Numbered from the stretch's first letter, positions 7,853 to 24,821 are shown. The stretch is DNA of 31,013 nucleotides from Polyangia bacterium (GCA_038231615.1 JBBRLA010000011.1:1-31013); one strand, 5' to 3'. Notes: generated by a model not told the origin, from the sequence alone. Program-made: numbers and translations.

Positions 7853-9397
7853 CTACATCCCAAACACATAAATCCGCTGCCCCCCGCTCCCTCCCACCTC
7901 CTTGATGACGATTCTGTCCGCCCAGCTACGCCCCTTCCGCCGATCGAAGATCAGCAAGTGCCCCTCCGCCTCGCCCAGGCCGTCCAGGTAGCGACTGAGC
8001 TGAGCCACCCCCTCCGCCTCGGTGTCCGGCCCCCGGTACAGCTTCAGCTCCAGCACAGCGCGCCGGCCCCCGAATTCGACCACCAGGTCCGCCCGCCGCG
8101 AGCCCACCGCGAACTCGCGGCGGATGCGCCCTCCTCCATTGACGACTCGCTGCAGGAACGCCATGAGGATCAGGTGCGGCCCGGCTTCGTGGTAATCGAA
8201 GCGCTGCAGCCACGCCTCGCTCTGTTCGGCGAAGAACTCCTGGAACGAGGCCAGAAGCAGCACCATGTCCAGCCCGCCGCCGGGCATCTTGTACCAGCTG
8301 GCCTCCTGCGTGATCGCCGACTGCATGACATAGGTCAGGAAGCGCGGGATGATCTCCTGGTAGATGGGGTTGGCGATACGCATGGTGGGCCGGTCGATGA
8401 TCAGGCCCAGGTCGCGCACGTACATCAGGTCGTCGTTCATCACGTCCATCGATGGAATGTCACCGGTGAGGATGGGTTCGATGATACGGCGCACGCGCGG
8501 CTCGTGCAGTTTGTCCGCCAGGGAATCGATGTGCGTGTCCCGGCGTTCGATCAGGATCTCCCTCGCCTGCTCCACATGCTCTGCCGTGATTGAATGGCTC
8601 CGGTCGGGGACCACGACCTCCACCAGCTGCCGGGCTAGGGCGTTGACCAGCCAGGGCTGGCCCTGGGTCAGTTCAAAGATCCTGGCCAGGGCCTCGGGCA
8701 TGAAGATCTGCCCGGTCTCGGACGTGTGCTGGGTCAAAAGCTGCGTCATTTCTTCTGCGGTGAAGTTGCGCAGCGTCAGCGACTCATCCTTGATGTTGAA
8801 GGGGCTGGCGCTCCGCAGGTGGTCGCTTTCCTGGATCTGGACCTTGTAGTCGCGCACGTCCCTCATGCCGCACAGGGCCAGGGACCAGGGAAACGCCTCC
8901 GGGCGCCGCCGGAATCCCGAGCGCAGCTGCCGCAGGACAGAGACCAGCGACTCGTCCCGCAACGCGTCGATCTCATCGAGGAAGATGACCAGCGGGCGGC
9001 GGCAGGCGCGGGTCCAGGCTTCCAGTGCCTCGGCGATTCGTGATCCGGCGGCTGCTTCAGGCCAAGGCGGTGGCTGGAGGTCTGCCGGCAACTGACCGTG
9101 TGCATCACGGCGCCAGTCGTCCAGGATGGCGAGTTCAGCGGCGCCAGGGTCTTTGGGAAAGGCGGCGCCGGTCTCCATGGAGACCAGCACAGCCGCATAA
9201 TGGCCTGCCGCGGTCAGTTGATGGGCCACGGACAGAAGGGTCGTGCTCTTGCCTACCTGCCGCGGGGCGTGCAGTACGAAGTAGGACTTGTTGTCGACCA
9301 GGCTGCGCACTATGGGCAGGCGGAGCAGAGGAAACAGCATGTAGTGGTCATCGGGACGGCACATGCCGGAGACATTGAATCGACGGACCATGGCCAT
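7853..9397 (-). CDS. AAA+ family ATPase (P-loop GPRQVGKT-like) with a C-terminal restriction-endonuclease-like (PD-(D/E)XK-type) domain. Function unknown.
   Basis: Walker A-like VLHAPRQVGKSTTLLSV. Walker B-like PLVIFLDEID. C-terminal block RADLVVEFGGRRAVLELKLYRG typical of the nuclease-fold tail of this ATPase family. GC content is visibly lower (about 57-60%) than in the flanks. Confidence 0.8.
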   Translation of the reverse strand: MAMVRRFNVSGMCRPDDHYMLFPLLRLPIVRSLVDNKSYFVLHAPRQVGKSTTLLSVAHQLTAAGHYAAVLVSMETGAAFPKDPGAAELAILDDWRRDAHGQLPADLQPPPWPEAAAGSRIAEALEAWTRACRRPLVIFLDEIDALRDESLVSVLRQLRSGFRRRPEAFPWSLALCGMRDVRDYKVQIQESDHLRSASPFNIKDESLTLRNFTAEEMTQLLTQHTSETGQIFMPEALARIFELTQGQPWLVNALARQLVEVVVPDRSHSITAEHVEQAREILIERRDTHIDSLADKLHEPRVRRIIEPILTGDIPSMDVMNDDLMYVRDLGLIIDRPTMRIANPIYQEIIPRFLTYVMQSAITQEASWYKMPGGGLDMVLLLASFQEFFAEQSEAWLQRFDYHEAGPHLILMAFLQRVVNGGGRIRREFAVGSRRADLVVEFGGRRAVLELKLYRGPDTEAEGVAQLSRYLDGLGEAEGHLLIFDRRKGRSWADRIVIKEVGGSGGQRIYVFGM

Positions 9398-9498
9398 TTA
9401 TGTAGCACACTGGAGTGGCCAGCCAAGATCCATGCTAACATTTGCCCTGGATCTATGTGGGCAGAAGGGCCCGCGGGAGTATCCGATTCGATCAGTCG

Positions 9499-9702
9499 AT
9501 GTTCGAGGCAGCGCGCTTCCTCCATACGGTGGCAGAGGACCACTTCAAGCAGGGGCCGGGCTCGATCAGCCCGTCGGTGTACTGGTGGCGGCCTGGCAAG
9601 CTGACCCGCGTGACGACCAGGTCCACCAAGGGTCGATTTCTCTTCTTCCCGGGTGAGGAATTCGAGCGCGAGGTGCTCCAGCCCCTGGCCCGGAGGAACT
9701 GA
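9499..9702 (+). CDS. Small hypothetical protein (67 aa from MFEAARFLHTV...). It is possibly a gene fragment.
   Basis: Strong GC third-position bias across the frame. It sits in a 340-bp gap between divergent genes. No recognisable domain. The track ORF begins at 9442. Confidence 0.3.
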   Translation: MFEAARFLHTVAEDHFKQGPGSISPSVYWWRPGKLTRVTTRSTKGRFLFFPGEEFEREVLQPLARRN

Positions 9703-9737
9703 GTCAGGGCCGGTCGATTTACCCTTGCTGGTGGATC

Positions 9738-10859
9738 ATGATGGAATTGGCTTCCACTGCGTCTGAAGAAGGCCCTGGAGTCGGCGGGCGCTCGCTCGAT
9801 GACAAGGCCGAACGCCTGCCCTTCCTCGACCGGCTGCGCGGGCTGGCGGCGGTGGTGATGCTGGAGGTCCATGTGCTCAACGCCCTGCTCTTTTCGGGGC
9901 GGCGGGCGGGGCGGTTCTTCGCCACGATCAACTTTCTGAACGGGCTGGTGGCGCCGGCGTTCCTCTTCTGCGCGGGCTTTGCGCTGGCGATCTCCCTGCG
10001 CCGCAGTTGGGGCGGGCATCGCTGGAATGGGCTTCTGCTGGCCAGCCTGCGCCGGGGCGCCTACCTGCTGGCGGTGGGATATGGGCTGCACGGCTCCAGT
10101 TTTCTGTGGCACGGGTTCTTCTATCCGCGGGCGTGGGCGGAATTCTGGCAGGCGGACATCCTGCAGGTGATCGCGATCTCGCTGACGTTCCTTTCCCTGC
10201 TGGCGTTTGCCTTGCGACGGCCGGGGCGCTTCGCCTTTGCCTCGCTGCTGGCCGGGGCGCTGGTGTTGCTTCTGACCCCCTATGCGCGGGCCCTTTCCAC
10301 GAGCGGCTGGCCGGCCTGGGCCCGGCCCTACTTCAGTGACGGAGTGATCACGGAGTTCCCGCTTTTGCCGTGGGCGGCCTTCGCGATTCTGGGTGCCGCG
10401 GTGGGGGTGCGCCCCTCGGCCCACTGGGGCAAAAAGCTCGTCGCCGCCGCCGGGGCCGCCGGGGTTGCCGCCGGCGTGATGTTCGTGCTGTCCCCGCGGA
10501 TTCTGCCGCCCCATTCCCCATGGAGCGCCGGGCCGCCCTACATGCTGGCCCGCTTCGCCGTGGTCTGCCTCCTTGGGGCGCTGCTCTCGATAGGTGCCGG
10601 TGCCAGTGCCGGCGGCGAGAGGGGGCCCGTGCGGCGCTTTGTGGACCGGGTGCTCCTGCGCTTCTCGCGGCACTCCTTGCTGATCTACGTGGTACACATC
10701 CCGCTGGTCTACGGGGGCTACGGCTTCAGCATGCGGGCCTCCATTGGCACCAGGCAGGGCTACCTGGGCTGCGGGATGTGGTTCGTGGCGCTGGCGGCGG
10801 CGATGTACCTGCTGGCGGCGACGGTGGATGCCATCAAGGCCTACCGGGCCAAGAGGTAG
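9738..10859 (+). CDS. Polytopic membrane protein of the acyltransferase-3-like / heparan-alpha-glucosaminide N-acetyltransferase-like (DUF1624-type) family.
   Basis: N-terminal RLPFLDRLRGLAAVVMLEVHV motif typical of this family. About 9-10 hydrophobic helices follow. Confidence 0.65.
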   Translation: MMELASTASEEGPGVGGRSLDDKAERLPFLDRLRGLAAVVMLEVHVLNALLFSGRRAGRFFATINFLNGLVAPAFLFCAGFALAISLRRSWGGHRWNGLLLASLRRGAYLLAVGYGLHGSSFLWHGFFYPRAWAEFWQADILQVIAISLTFLSLLAFALRRPGRFAFASLLAGALVLLLTPYARALSTSGWPAWARPYFSDGVITEFPLLPWAAFAILGAAVGVRPSAHWGKKLVAAAGAAGVAAGVMFVLSPRILPPHSPWSAGPPYMLARFAVVCLLGALLSIGAGASAGGERGPVRRFVDRVLLRFSRHSLLIYVVHIPLVYGGYGFSMRASIGTRQGYLGCGMWFVALAAAMYLLAATVDAIKAYRAKR

Positions 10860-10885
10860 CGCTTGTTGGCGTAGATGACCGGGTC

Positions 10886-12451
<1,566 letters not shown>

Positions 12452-12596
12452 GCCCTGACAACGTAACGTACCGGCCCCATGGGGGCAACCAGCCCCTCGA
12501 ATCGACGAATAAGATACGGTGAGAATTCAGAGATCTTGTAGGTATAGGCGACTTTTTAGTACGATCGCGGTCGCGCTGCCTGGCGCCACCTTGCCC
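12452..12596. promoter_or_regulatory. Divergent promoter region between the HD-GYP regulator and the CorE-like sigma factor.
   Basis: This is the only AT-rich stretch for kilobases (gaatcgacgaataagatacggtgagaattcagagatcttgtaggtataggcgactttttagtacg) and it separates two divergent starts. No specific boxes assigned. Confidence 0.3.
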
Positions 12597-13379
12597 ATGC
12601 CATTGCCACAAAGCTACTTCCCCGCTGCGATCGATCAACACCTGCCGTCGGTGTACCACCTGGCTTATCGCATGATGCTCGACAAGGAGCAGGCCGCGGA
12701 GGCGACCTATGAAACGTTCCTGCGGGCCTACCACGGCAAGCGCGAGGTCGCCCCCGAGGCGGTCGAACTCTGGCTGCTGAAGATCGCCAGCCACGTGGTC
12801 GAGGCCCGCCTGCCCCCCATGCCCGAGGTCAGCTTCGACCTGCTTGACGAGACCCTGCGTTCCGAGGCCACCCGCACCGGAGAGGTGAAGTCGCTGACCG
12901 AACCGCAGCGCGAGTTGCTGTTATGGGAACTCAAGCAGGGGTGCATGACCGCGGTGGTCAACTGTATTTCGCCGGGGGAACGCCTGGCCTTCGTGCTCGG
13001 CATCATCCTGGGCAAGGGCGACGAACAGGCCGCGGCCACCCTGGGCATCAAGGTCAGCGCCTACAAGGTCCGGCTGTCCCGGGCGCGAAAAAAGATCGGC
13101 GACTATCTTATGCCCCGCTGCGAGCACGTCGACCCGCGCAACCCCTGTCACTGTCCGTCCCGCATCGGCGTGGCCTTGCAGCGAGGCTTCATCGCGCCCC
13201 CGGCCCAGCCTCTGGTCCAGTTGCGCCCCTTCGAGCGCGCCGATCGGGCCCGGGACGCCGCCGAGATCTACCGCACCCTGCCCGAGCCAGAGGTCCCCAG
13301 GGAACTGCGACAGCGACTGCACCAGGCGGTGGAAACCGGGCTCTGGCCGATCCTCCCTTTGCCGGCCGACACGGCCTGA
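12597..13379 (+). CDS. ECF sigma factor with a C-terminal Cys/His-rich extension (CorE-like, ECF44-type metal-responsive sigma).
   Basis: Region 2-like YHLAYRMMLDKEQAAEATYETFLRAY. Region 4-like HTH around LGIKVSAYKVRLSRARKKI. A C-terminal tail follows with CEHVDPRNPCHCPSR. The start is taken at ATG 12597. GTG 12519 is possible but lies inside the AT-rich promoter-like stretch. Confidence 0.65.
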   Translation: MPLPQSYFPAAIDQHLPSVYHLAYRMMLDKEQAAEATYETFLRAYHGKREVAPEAVELWLLKIASHVVEARLPPMPEVSFDLLDETLRSEATRTGEVKSLTEPQRELLLWELKQGCMTAVVNCISPGERLAFVLGIILGKGDEQAAATLGIKVSAYKVRLSRARKKIGDYLMPRCEHVDPRNPCHCPSRIGVALQRGFIAPPAQPLVQLRPFERADRARDAAEIYRTLPEPEVPRELRQRLHQAVETGLWPILPLPADTA

Positions 13380-13455
13380 CGACCTGAGCGCCGGCCACTT
13401 TGGCGATCTTGATGCCCAAAGCTGGTATGCTGCCCCGTCGCAGGAGGTTGCCCAG

Positions 13456-14886
13456 ATGCACTACCGATTCGTTCCGTCCTTTCGCTTTTCGTCGCTGATG
13501 CCCGTGGGGCTTTTGGCCCTGGCCGCGTTGTCGGGGTGCTTCAAGCCGGCGCCCGGGGGGACCGGGGACTGTCGCCGCCTCACCGATCCGCCGCCCGGCA
13601 TGGCGGACGGGCCGCTCCCCGGCGGGCTTTATGCCGAGCTGCGCGAAAGCGCATCCGGAACCGTCATGCCGATCTTGCTCGAAGGGAGCGGCGGCAGCTA
13701 CACCGGCACCACGGCGGCCTTCGAGAAGTGCCAGAGCCCCGGCCCCTACACCCTCTATCGCACCGCCCTTTACGACCTGAGCAAGAACCTGGTCGCGGTG
13801 GCCAAAAGGGACCTGAACAACAACTATCAGGTGGTCTATGGAAATGGAGGAAACGGGTTGTCCACCACCGTGGGCGGCACCAACTTCAGCAGCAACTCGG
13901 TAAGCTTCAATCCTTCCTCGGGCGGCACCGCCCCCACCCTGGTCTCGGTGAGCGCCCCGGCAACCACCCGGCAAGGGGACACGCTGACCCTCACCTCGAC
14001 CGCCATGGCCGCCGCCGATGACTGCGGCATCGACCAGGTGCAGTGGTGGCTGACCACTTCGCCCCACAGCCCAGCCTCGCCCGCGGCCTCGGTGGTCATC
14101 AAGGCCGACGCGACCTCGGGCCCGATGAAGATCCCGGCCACCCTGAGCGCGAGCACCTACACGCTGGAGGGCCGCATCCTTAGCAAGCAGGGCCGCACGA
14201 TCAACGTCGGCAGGCAGTCCAGCTCGGACACGACCTACAAATACCTGACGGACGGGGGGACCGTCATCTCGACCACGACCCTCCCGGTGGTGACGGTCAC
14301 CGTTGCCCAGAACCCAGATGCCGACCAGAAGGCACCGCAGGCGCAGAGCTTCCAGGCCACCCCGGGAATGGTAGGACCGTGCCAGTCGGTCCAACTGGTG
14401 CTCCAGATCAGCGATGACAAGCCCCTCACGCAGGCGCAGCAGGTGATGGTGCATCTGGGGCCGCTGGATCGAGGGCCGCTGACCACCGCCCTGCTCAGCG
14501 GAAGCGGGAACACCCTGACCGGGTCGTTTGTGGTGCCCCTGGATGCCCCCGCGGGCGTGTGGCTGGGCTACCCGGACTCCATAAAGGACGATGCGGGCAA
14601 CATCGGCAGGGGCAGCCTGTCTGGAGGTCAGTTCAGCATCACCGGTCCGGGCATCACCTCGGCGCAGCCGGTGATGGCGGCGACCTTCCTGGTGCAGGGA
14701 GCGACCGGGACGGCGCCAGACGGAGGCCGCAGCCCTGACCTCAGGTCCACGGCAGACCTGGGCACCCAGGCAAGCTTCCCGGCCTTGCTGAGGCAGATCA
14801 TGGTGTCCCCCTCGTCGCTCATGACGGGCACCGCGACAGCGACCGTGTCATGGACGGACAACAGCAACCCGAAGATCCTGCCCTAG
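13456..14886 (+). CDS. Secreted lipoprotein, Ser/Thr/Gly-rich. Function unknown.
   Basis: AGGAGG 8 nt upstream of ATG. Signal peptide with lipobox LAALSGC. Long low-complexity T/S/G-rich beta-like body. It lies 76 bp downstream of the CorE-like sigma on the same strand. Confidence 0.7.
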   Translation: MHYRFVPSFRFSSLMPVGLLALAALSGCFKPAPGGTGDCRRLTDPPPGMADGPLPGGLYAELRESASGTVMPILLEGSGGSYTGTTAAFEKCQSPGPYTLYRTALYDLSKNLVAVAKRDLNNNYQVVYGNGGNGLSTTVGGTNFSSNSVSFNPSSGGTAPTLVSVSAPATTRQGDTLTLTSTAMAAADDCGIDQVQWWLTTSPHSPASPAASVVIKADATSGPMKIPATLSASTYTLEGRILSKQGRTINVGRQSSSDTTYKYLTDGGTVISTTTLPVVTVTVAQNPDADQKAPQAQSFQATPGMVGPCQSVQLVLQISDDKPLTQAQQVMVHLGPLDRGPLTTALLSGSGNTLTGSFVVPLDAPAGVWLGYPDSIKDDAGNIGRGSLSGGQFSITGPGITSAQPVMAATFLVQGATGTAPDGGRSPDLRSTADLGTQASFPALLRQIMVSPSSLMTGTATATVSWTDNSNPKILP

Positions 14887-14970
14887 ATTACGAGGCGGCG
14901 GCGGCAGCACCACCAGCTTCTCGTAAAGCTCCATCGACGTGAAGATCGCGGGCCGAAAGGGACGGCATTG

Positions 14971-15351
14971 CTACCATAGGGTCTTGATGCTCTTGAGGGC
15001 GCGGAGAAGCTTGTCCTTGGTGACCAAAACCGACGCTTCCGCGATGGCCGTGGCCGCGATGAACCGATCCGCAGGATCCGCGTGCATGACCAGCGAGTCG
15101 GCCATGACCGCGATGTTCGGTGTGAGCAACAGTGCTTCCACGCGAGGAATGGACAGAACGCGCTCCGTCCACTCCGAGCCAGTGGTGCCAAGCTCGATCC
15201 GGCCTCTTCGCGAAAGCATGGCGACCTCCCAGAAGACAATCGCCGGAATGCCCAGCCGATCGGCGGCAGCCATGGCAGCGGCAGCTCGCTTGCCCAGACG
15301 GGTGGGATCGCTTACCCAAAAGATGAGCGCGTGAGTATCGAGAATGATCAC
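14971..15351 (-). CDS. vapC: PIN-domain ribonuclease toxin (VapC) of a type II toxin-antitoxin pair.
   Basis: MIILDTHALIFW with the conserved N-terminal Asp. The acidic PIN residues are spread through the 126-aa protein. It overlaps the upstream antitoxin by 4 bp. Confidence 0.85.
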   Translation of the reverse strand: MIILDTHALIFWVSDPTRLGKRAAAAMAAADRLGIPAIVFWEVAMLSRRGRIELGTTGSEWTERVLSIPRVEALLLTPNIAVMADSLVMHADPADRFIAATAIAEASVLVTKDKLLRALKSIKTLW

Positions 15352-15623
15352 TTCGTTGACTCGTCGCCCAGATCCCAGCCAGCTTCCTCGGTAAGCGGTT
15401 GCAGGAGTTCAGCATCATCTACCAGGACCTGGGTCTGGCCACGCAGGGTCGCCAGGATCTCCTGCTCGCGCTGCTCCGGGCCGACCAGCGAGACCAGCTT
15501 CGCCAGGGGCCGGCCTCGTTTGGTGATGATCACCTCTTGGCCGGTGGCCGCGACGTCGTCGATAAGAGCGAGACACCCTTGCTTGAATTTTCCCGCCGGG
15601 AGGAGCTTTGCGACCATGGACAT
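15348..15623 (-). CDS. Phd/YefM-family antitoxin.
   Basis: 91 aa. VIITKRGRPLAKLVSL core typical of Phd/YefM. ATGA-type 4-bp overlap with the vapC start. Confidence 0.85.
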   Translation of the reverse strand: MSMVAKLLPAGKFKQGCLALIDDVAATGQEVIITKRGRPLAKLVSLVGPEQREQEILATLRGQTQVLVDDAELLQPLTEEAGWDLGDESTK

Positions 15624-15787
15624 AATCTATGGACATCTCATCGGGTCGTCAAGGAGCACTTGAGAGGGCCGGATCGGTCAGCCTGCCGCGCGGGCGCTTT
15701 GGTGGTGCTATGCTCCACCTGCATGATCTCATTTCAGGAACTTGGCATCCCCACGCTCCAGCTCCCTCACACCAGAGGCCGGTCGCG
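15624..15787. promoter_or_regulatory. Intergenic region holding the divergent promoters of the phd-vapC operon and the hybrid histidine kinase.
   Basis: 164-bp gap between divergent start codons. No boxes assigned. Confidence 0.3.
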
Positions 15788-18310
<2,523 letters not shown>

Positions 18311-18758
18311 AGCTCAGGGGGGCCCCGATGGCCGCCACGGTGGTCACGACGATGCTCTGTAGGGTCTCTTCGCCGGGGAACTCGGCGAGCAGGTCCTACC
18401 CTCATGTTGATATCCGACAGGGAGTTCGGCAGGATGGGGGGGAGGAGGATCAGATCAAGATCTTGTCTTGCTCCACATCGAGCTGGCGATGGTCCGTTTG
18501 TTGTCCAAGTACCTCGCGCGCAGCAGAGCACGGCACGCGGCGTGAACTCCGGGCCGCCGCATTGACCTGGCAGTGAGTATCCACTCCCGGGTCCAGGCGG
18601 CGACATGTTCGACTTGTACACCTGCGCTCAGGGTCGCTGAGAGGAAGACATGGAGGGCCAGGTGTTGCGTCGCCTCTTCTGCCGGGCGCAGCCCGGCACC
18701 CCGCGCGCCCGGCTGCCCATAGACGCTCTGGACACCGCTGCCTCTTTAACATGCACGC

Positions 18759-20076
18759 CTACGGGAAGCGCCCCGTCGCGGCGAGCAGGTCCACGCGGAT
18801 CTGGGTGAGATCGTCCACTGCCACCACCGCCGCGGTATCGGCGTCGCGGGCGCGGCGTTCGGCGTCGATCACTTCCAGGTTGGTGCTGGCGCCGGTGCGG
18901 TAACTCAGCGTAGCGATGTCCACTGCCCGATGGGCCAGCTCCGTGGCTTGGGTGGCGCCAGTCACCGCCCGCTCGGCCTTGCGCAGGGTCGCATAGCCTA
19001 CGTCGATGTCCACATGGGCCTGGCGCAGGCCCGCGGACAGGTTGACCTCTGCCTCGGTGGTCAGGGCGCGTCGTTCATGGAGCAGGCCGTAGCGCAGGCC
19101 CCCGTCGTAGAGCGGCACGATCAGAGCGAGCTGGATCTGCCACGAGAACGCCGGCTGCACAAGGGTCGAGGGAGATTGATACATCGGCGCGAAGGCCAAG
19201 GTCAGGGTGGGCAGAAAGTCGGTGTAGCTGTCGCGCGTCACATGCTGCCGGGCGCGGTGCGACAGGTCCAGGCCGACCAGGTCAGGTCGCAATTTCGGGG
19301 CATCGATCAGCGCGGAATCCCGGGGCGGCAGCTCCGGCAGGTCGGCTTCGCCGGCCACGTCATAGGGATGCTCCTCGCCCAGCAACACGCCGAGCGCCGC
19401 CTGGGCGCGCAGAAGGCCCGCCTGTGCCGATTCGACGCGCCCCTCATCGCTGCGCAGCTCCTGTTCGGCGCGCACCTCGTCGAGCTTGCTGCCGATGCCC
19501 TGGGCGAAGCGCTTGCGGGTGACTTCGTAGTGGGCCTGGGCCGTCTCCCGCGCCCGTTCGTTCAGTTCGACGATGCGCCGCTGCGCCAGGATTGCCAGGT
19601 AGGCGTGACCCACCGCCACCGCCACTTGCCGCCGGACGGTCTCGCGGGAGACGGCGGTGATGCGGGCGTCGGCCCTGACATGGGCCCACCGCGCCCAGGC
19701 GGGCGGCGCCAGCAGCGGCACGGCCAGGGTCAGGTTGGCGCTCAGCTGGTCCGCGGCCACGAAGGTCTGGTCGCCGATCTTGCGGTCGCCGTCGAGCCGG
19801 GTGTAGAGCCCGTTGGCAGACAGGGTCGGCAGCGCCGCGGCGCGCACCTGCTCGACCAGCGCCGCCGCCCGCCGCACCTCCGCGGCGGCGACCAGGGCGC
19901 TCGGGTTCTTCGCCAGGGCCCGATCCAGGGCCTCGCGCAGGCTGACCTTCGGCGGCGCCTCCTCGCCGTCAGGGGCTTGCGCCGTAGCCGGGGCCTGCGC
20001 CGTAGCCGGAATCTGCGCCGCCGCGATCTGGATCAGGAGCAGCGTGGCCATCCCGATAAGAATCATCCACTGCTGC

Positions 20077-20084
<8 letters not shown>
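18759..20084 (-). CDS. Outer-membrane efflux protein (TolC/OprM-like outer-membrane factor) of the RND system.
   Basis: Signal peptide MILIGMATLLLIQIAAAQ, so the true start is probably ATG 20066. Characteristic paired coiled-coil / beta-barrel repeats. It is last in the operon, after the membrane-fusion and RND genes. Confidence 0.85.
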
Positions 20085-23181
<3,097 letters not shown>

Positions 23182-23184
23182 GGG

Positions 23185-24417
23185 CTAACCCTCCGGCCCC
23201 ACCGGGTTGAGCTGGCTGCCGTCCCGCACCTTCTGCACGCCTGAGACCACGATGCGGTCCCCGGGCGAAAGGCCGGCCTTCACCGCGTAGGTGTTGCCGG
23301 ACATCTCGCCGACCACCACAGCGCGCTGTCGGGCCACTGGCCCCTTGGGGGTGTCCTCGACGAGGTAGGCGAAGTGCTGGCCGTTCAGGCGGATGACGGC
23401 GCCGACCGGGATGGCGGGGCCGCTGTGCTCGGCGAAGATCACCCGGGCACGGGCGAACTGCCCGGCCCGCAGGGTGCCCTTGTCGTTGCCCACCAGCGCC
23501 TTGAGCAGCACGGATTGGGTGTCGTCGTTCACCAGGGGCGAGATGAAGGACACGCGGGTCTCGGCCAGGACGGCGCCGGTGTTGTCGAGGAGTTCGACGG
23601 GCAGGTCGGGGCGGAGGTCGGCGGCGCGCTCGACGGGGACGGAGATGTAAGCCTCGAGCATCTGGTTCTGGTCGAGGGTGGTGAGGCGGGTCGCCTGGGT
23701 GACGCGGTCGCCGACGCGGACGGGGATGTCGCCGATCATGCCGCCCGCGGGGGCGACGACGCGGTAGTACTGGAGCTGGACCTGCTGCTGGCGCACCTGG
23801 GCGTCGAGGGCCTTGACGTCGGCCTGGGTGGATTCATAGGTCGAGCGGGCCTGGTCGAGCTCCTGTTTGCTGACGGCGCCGCCATCGAAAAGGACGGCGA
23901 GGCGCTCGACCTGCTGCTTCCAGTAGCCGAGGGCGGCGAGCTTGGCGGCGCGGCCTGCCTGCTCGGAGGAGACCAGGGCCTCCTGGCGGGCGGGGTCGAC
24001 CTGCATGATGGGGTCGCCCTGGTGGACGGTATCGCCGGAGGCGACGAAGATCTTGGTGACCTGGCCGTCGATCTGAGGCTGAAGGACGATGGAGCGGCGG
24101 GACTTGAGGGTGGCGACGTACTCGGAGGCGTCGCGGATGGGGACGGCGGGGACGGCGGCGATCTGGACCGAGGTGGGCGGCCCGGCGCCCGGCTCGGCAG
24201 CCGGGCTCTTCTGGGAACAGGCGAGGAGAGACAGGATCAGACCGGACACGAGGGCCAGAACGAAGGTCCGCCCGGGAGACATCCAGAGGGGCGGCGCCGC
24301 TGGAAAGGGCGCCGGGATGGGGGATTGGCAAGGCATCGGACTCGGCTCCGGCCCAGAGGGGCCCGTGATTGTGTCGTCAGGGTCGCGAAGATATAAACCA
24401 AGTCTGACAGCCTGCAA
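23185..24417 (-). CDS. RND efflux membrane-fusion protein (periplasmic adaptor, HlyD/AcrA family). It is a lipoprotein.
   Basis: Lipobox LSLLACSQ after a hydrophobic stretch. The likely true start is ATG at 24282 (MSPGRTFVLALV...). Coiled-coil hairpin and beta-barrel regions. Its stop lies 3 nt before the RND start. Confidence 0.85.
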   Translation of the reverse strand: MQAVRLGLYLRDPDDTITGPSGPEPSPMPCQSPIPAPFPAAPPLWMSPGRTFVLALVSGLILSLLACSQKSPAAEPGAGPPTSVQIAAVPAVPIRDASEYVATLKSRRSIVLQPQIDGQVTKIFVASGDTVHQGDPIMQVDPARQEALVSSEQAGRAAKLAALGYWKQQVERLAVLFDGGAVSKQELDQARSTYESTQADVKALDAQVRQQQVQLQYYRVVAPAGGMIGDIPVRVGDRVTQATRLTTLDQNQMLEAYISVPVERAADLRPDLPVELLDNTGAVLAETRVSFISPLVNDDTQSVLLKALVGNDKGTLRAGQFARARVIFAEHSGPAIPVGAVIRLNGQHFAYLVEDTPKGPVARQRAVVVGEMSGNTYAVKAGLSPGDRIVVSGVQKVRDGSQLNPVGPEG

Positions 24418-24467
24418 GCGCGGGCGTCTCGTTCGGCTTCCCTTTGAGCGAATGCAGGGCTGCTGGT

Positions 24468-24821
24468 CTACGGCTTCAATACCAGCTTCGGCAACGGCGG
24501 CTGGTTGAAGTCGAAGTCGGCCAGCAGGTCCCCTAGCACCGACGCCGTCTCCCGCACCGTGGGGCGCGGGTCCGGGCGCCCGTCTTGCTTCGGATCCAGG
24601 CGCTCGCGGTTCAGGAAGAGGTCCTCGATGAAGCGCAGGTACGCATCATGGCTCAGCACCTGCTTGTCGATCTTGCCCTTGATCGCATAGGGGCTGATGA
24701 CCAGGCCCGGCACTCGCAGGCCGTAGCCACCTGCATCGACCTTGGGCGGGACCACGATGAGCGCGGTGACATAGCCTGGTCCGGCGCTGACCAGGTTCCC
24801 ACACCCTGGTGGCGAAATCAC
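24468..24821 (-). pseudogene. C-terminal remnant (about 115 aa) of a phosphoesterase-family enzyme (non-haemolytic phospholipase C / acid phosphatase AcpA type).
   Basis: GYGLRVPGLVISPYA and SHDAYLRFIEDLF match the conserved C-terminal motifs of this family, which is normally 450-700 aa. The catalytic N-terminal ~350 aa are absent. The frame is closed upstream, and the space is occupied by an unrelated lipoprotein gene. Confidence 0.55.

Noticed and set aside
7415-8593. Plus-strand 392-aa ORF overlapping the AAA+ ATPase gene.
   Set aside because: Antisense to a gene with Walker A/B motifs. Its own translation is His/Pro/Arg-rich with no motifs.
13189-14454. 421-aa minus-strand ORF antisense to the lipoprotein gene, and the 154-aa and 161-aa plus-strand alternates.
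   Set aside because: Gly/Arg-rich antisense artefacts. The sense frame has a canonical Shine-Dalgarno and lipobox.
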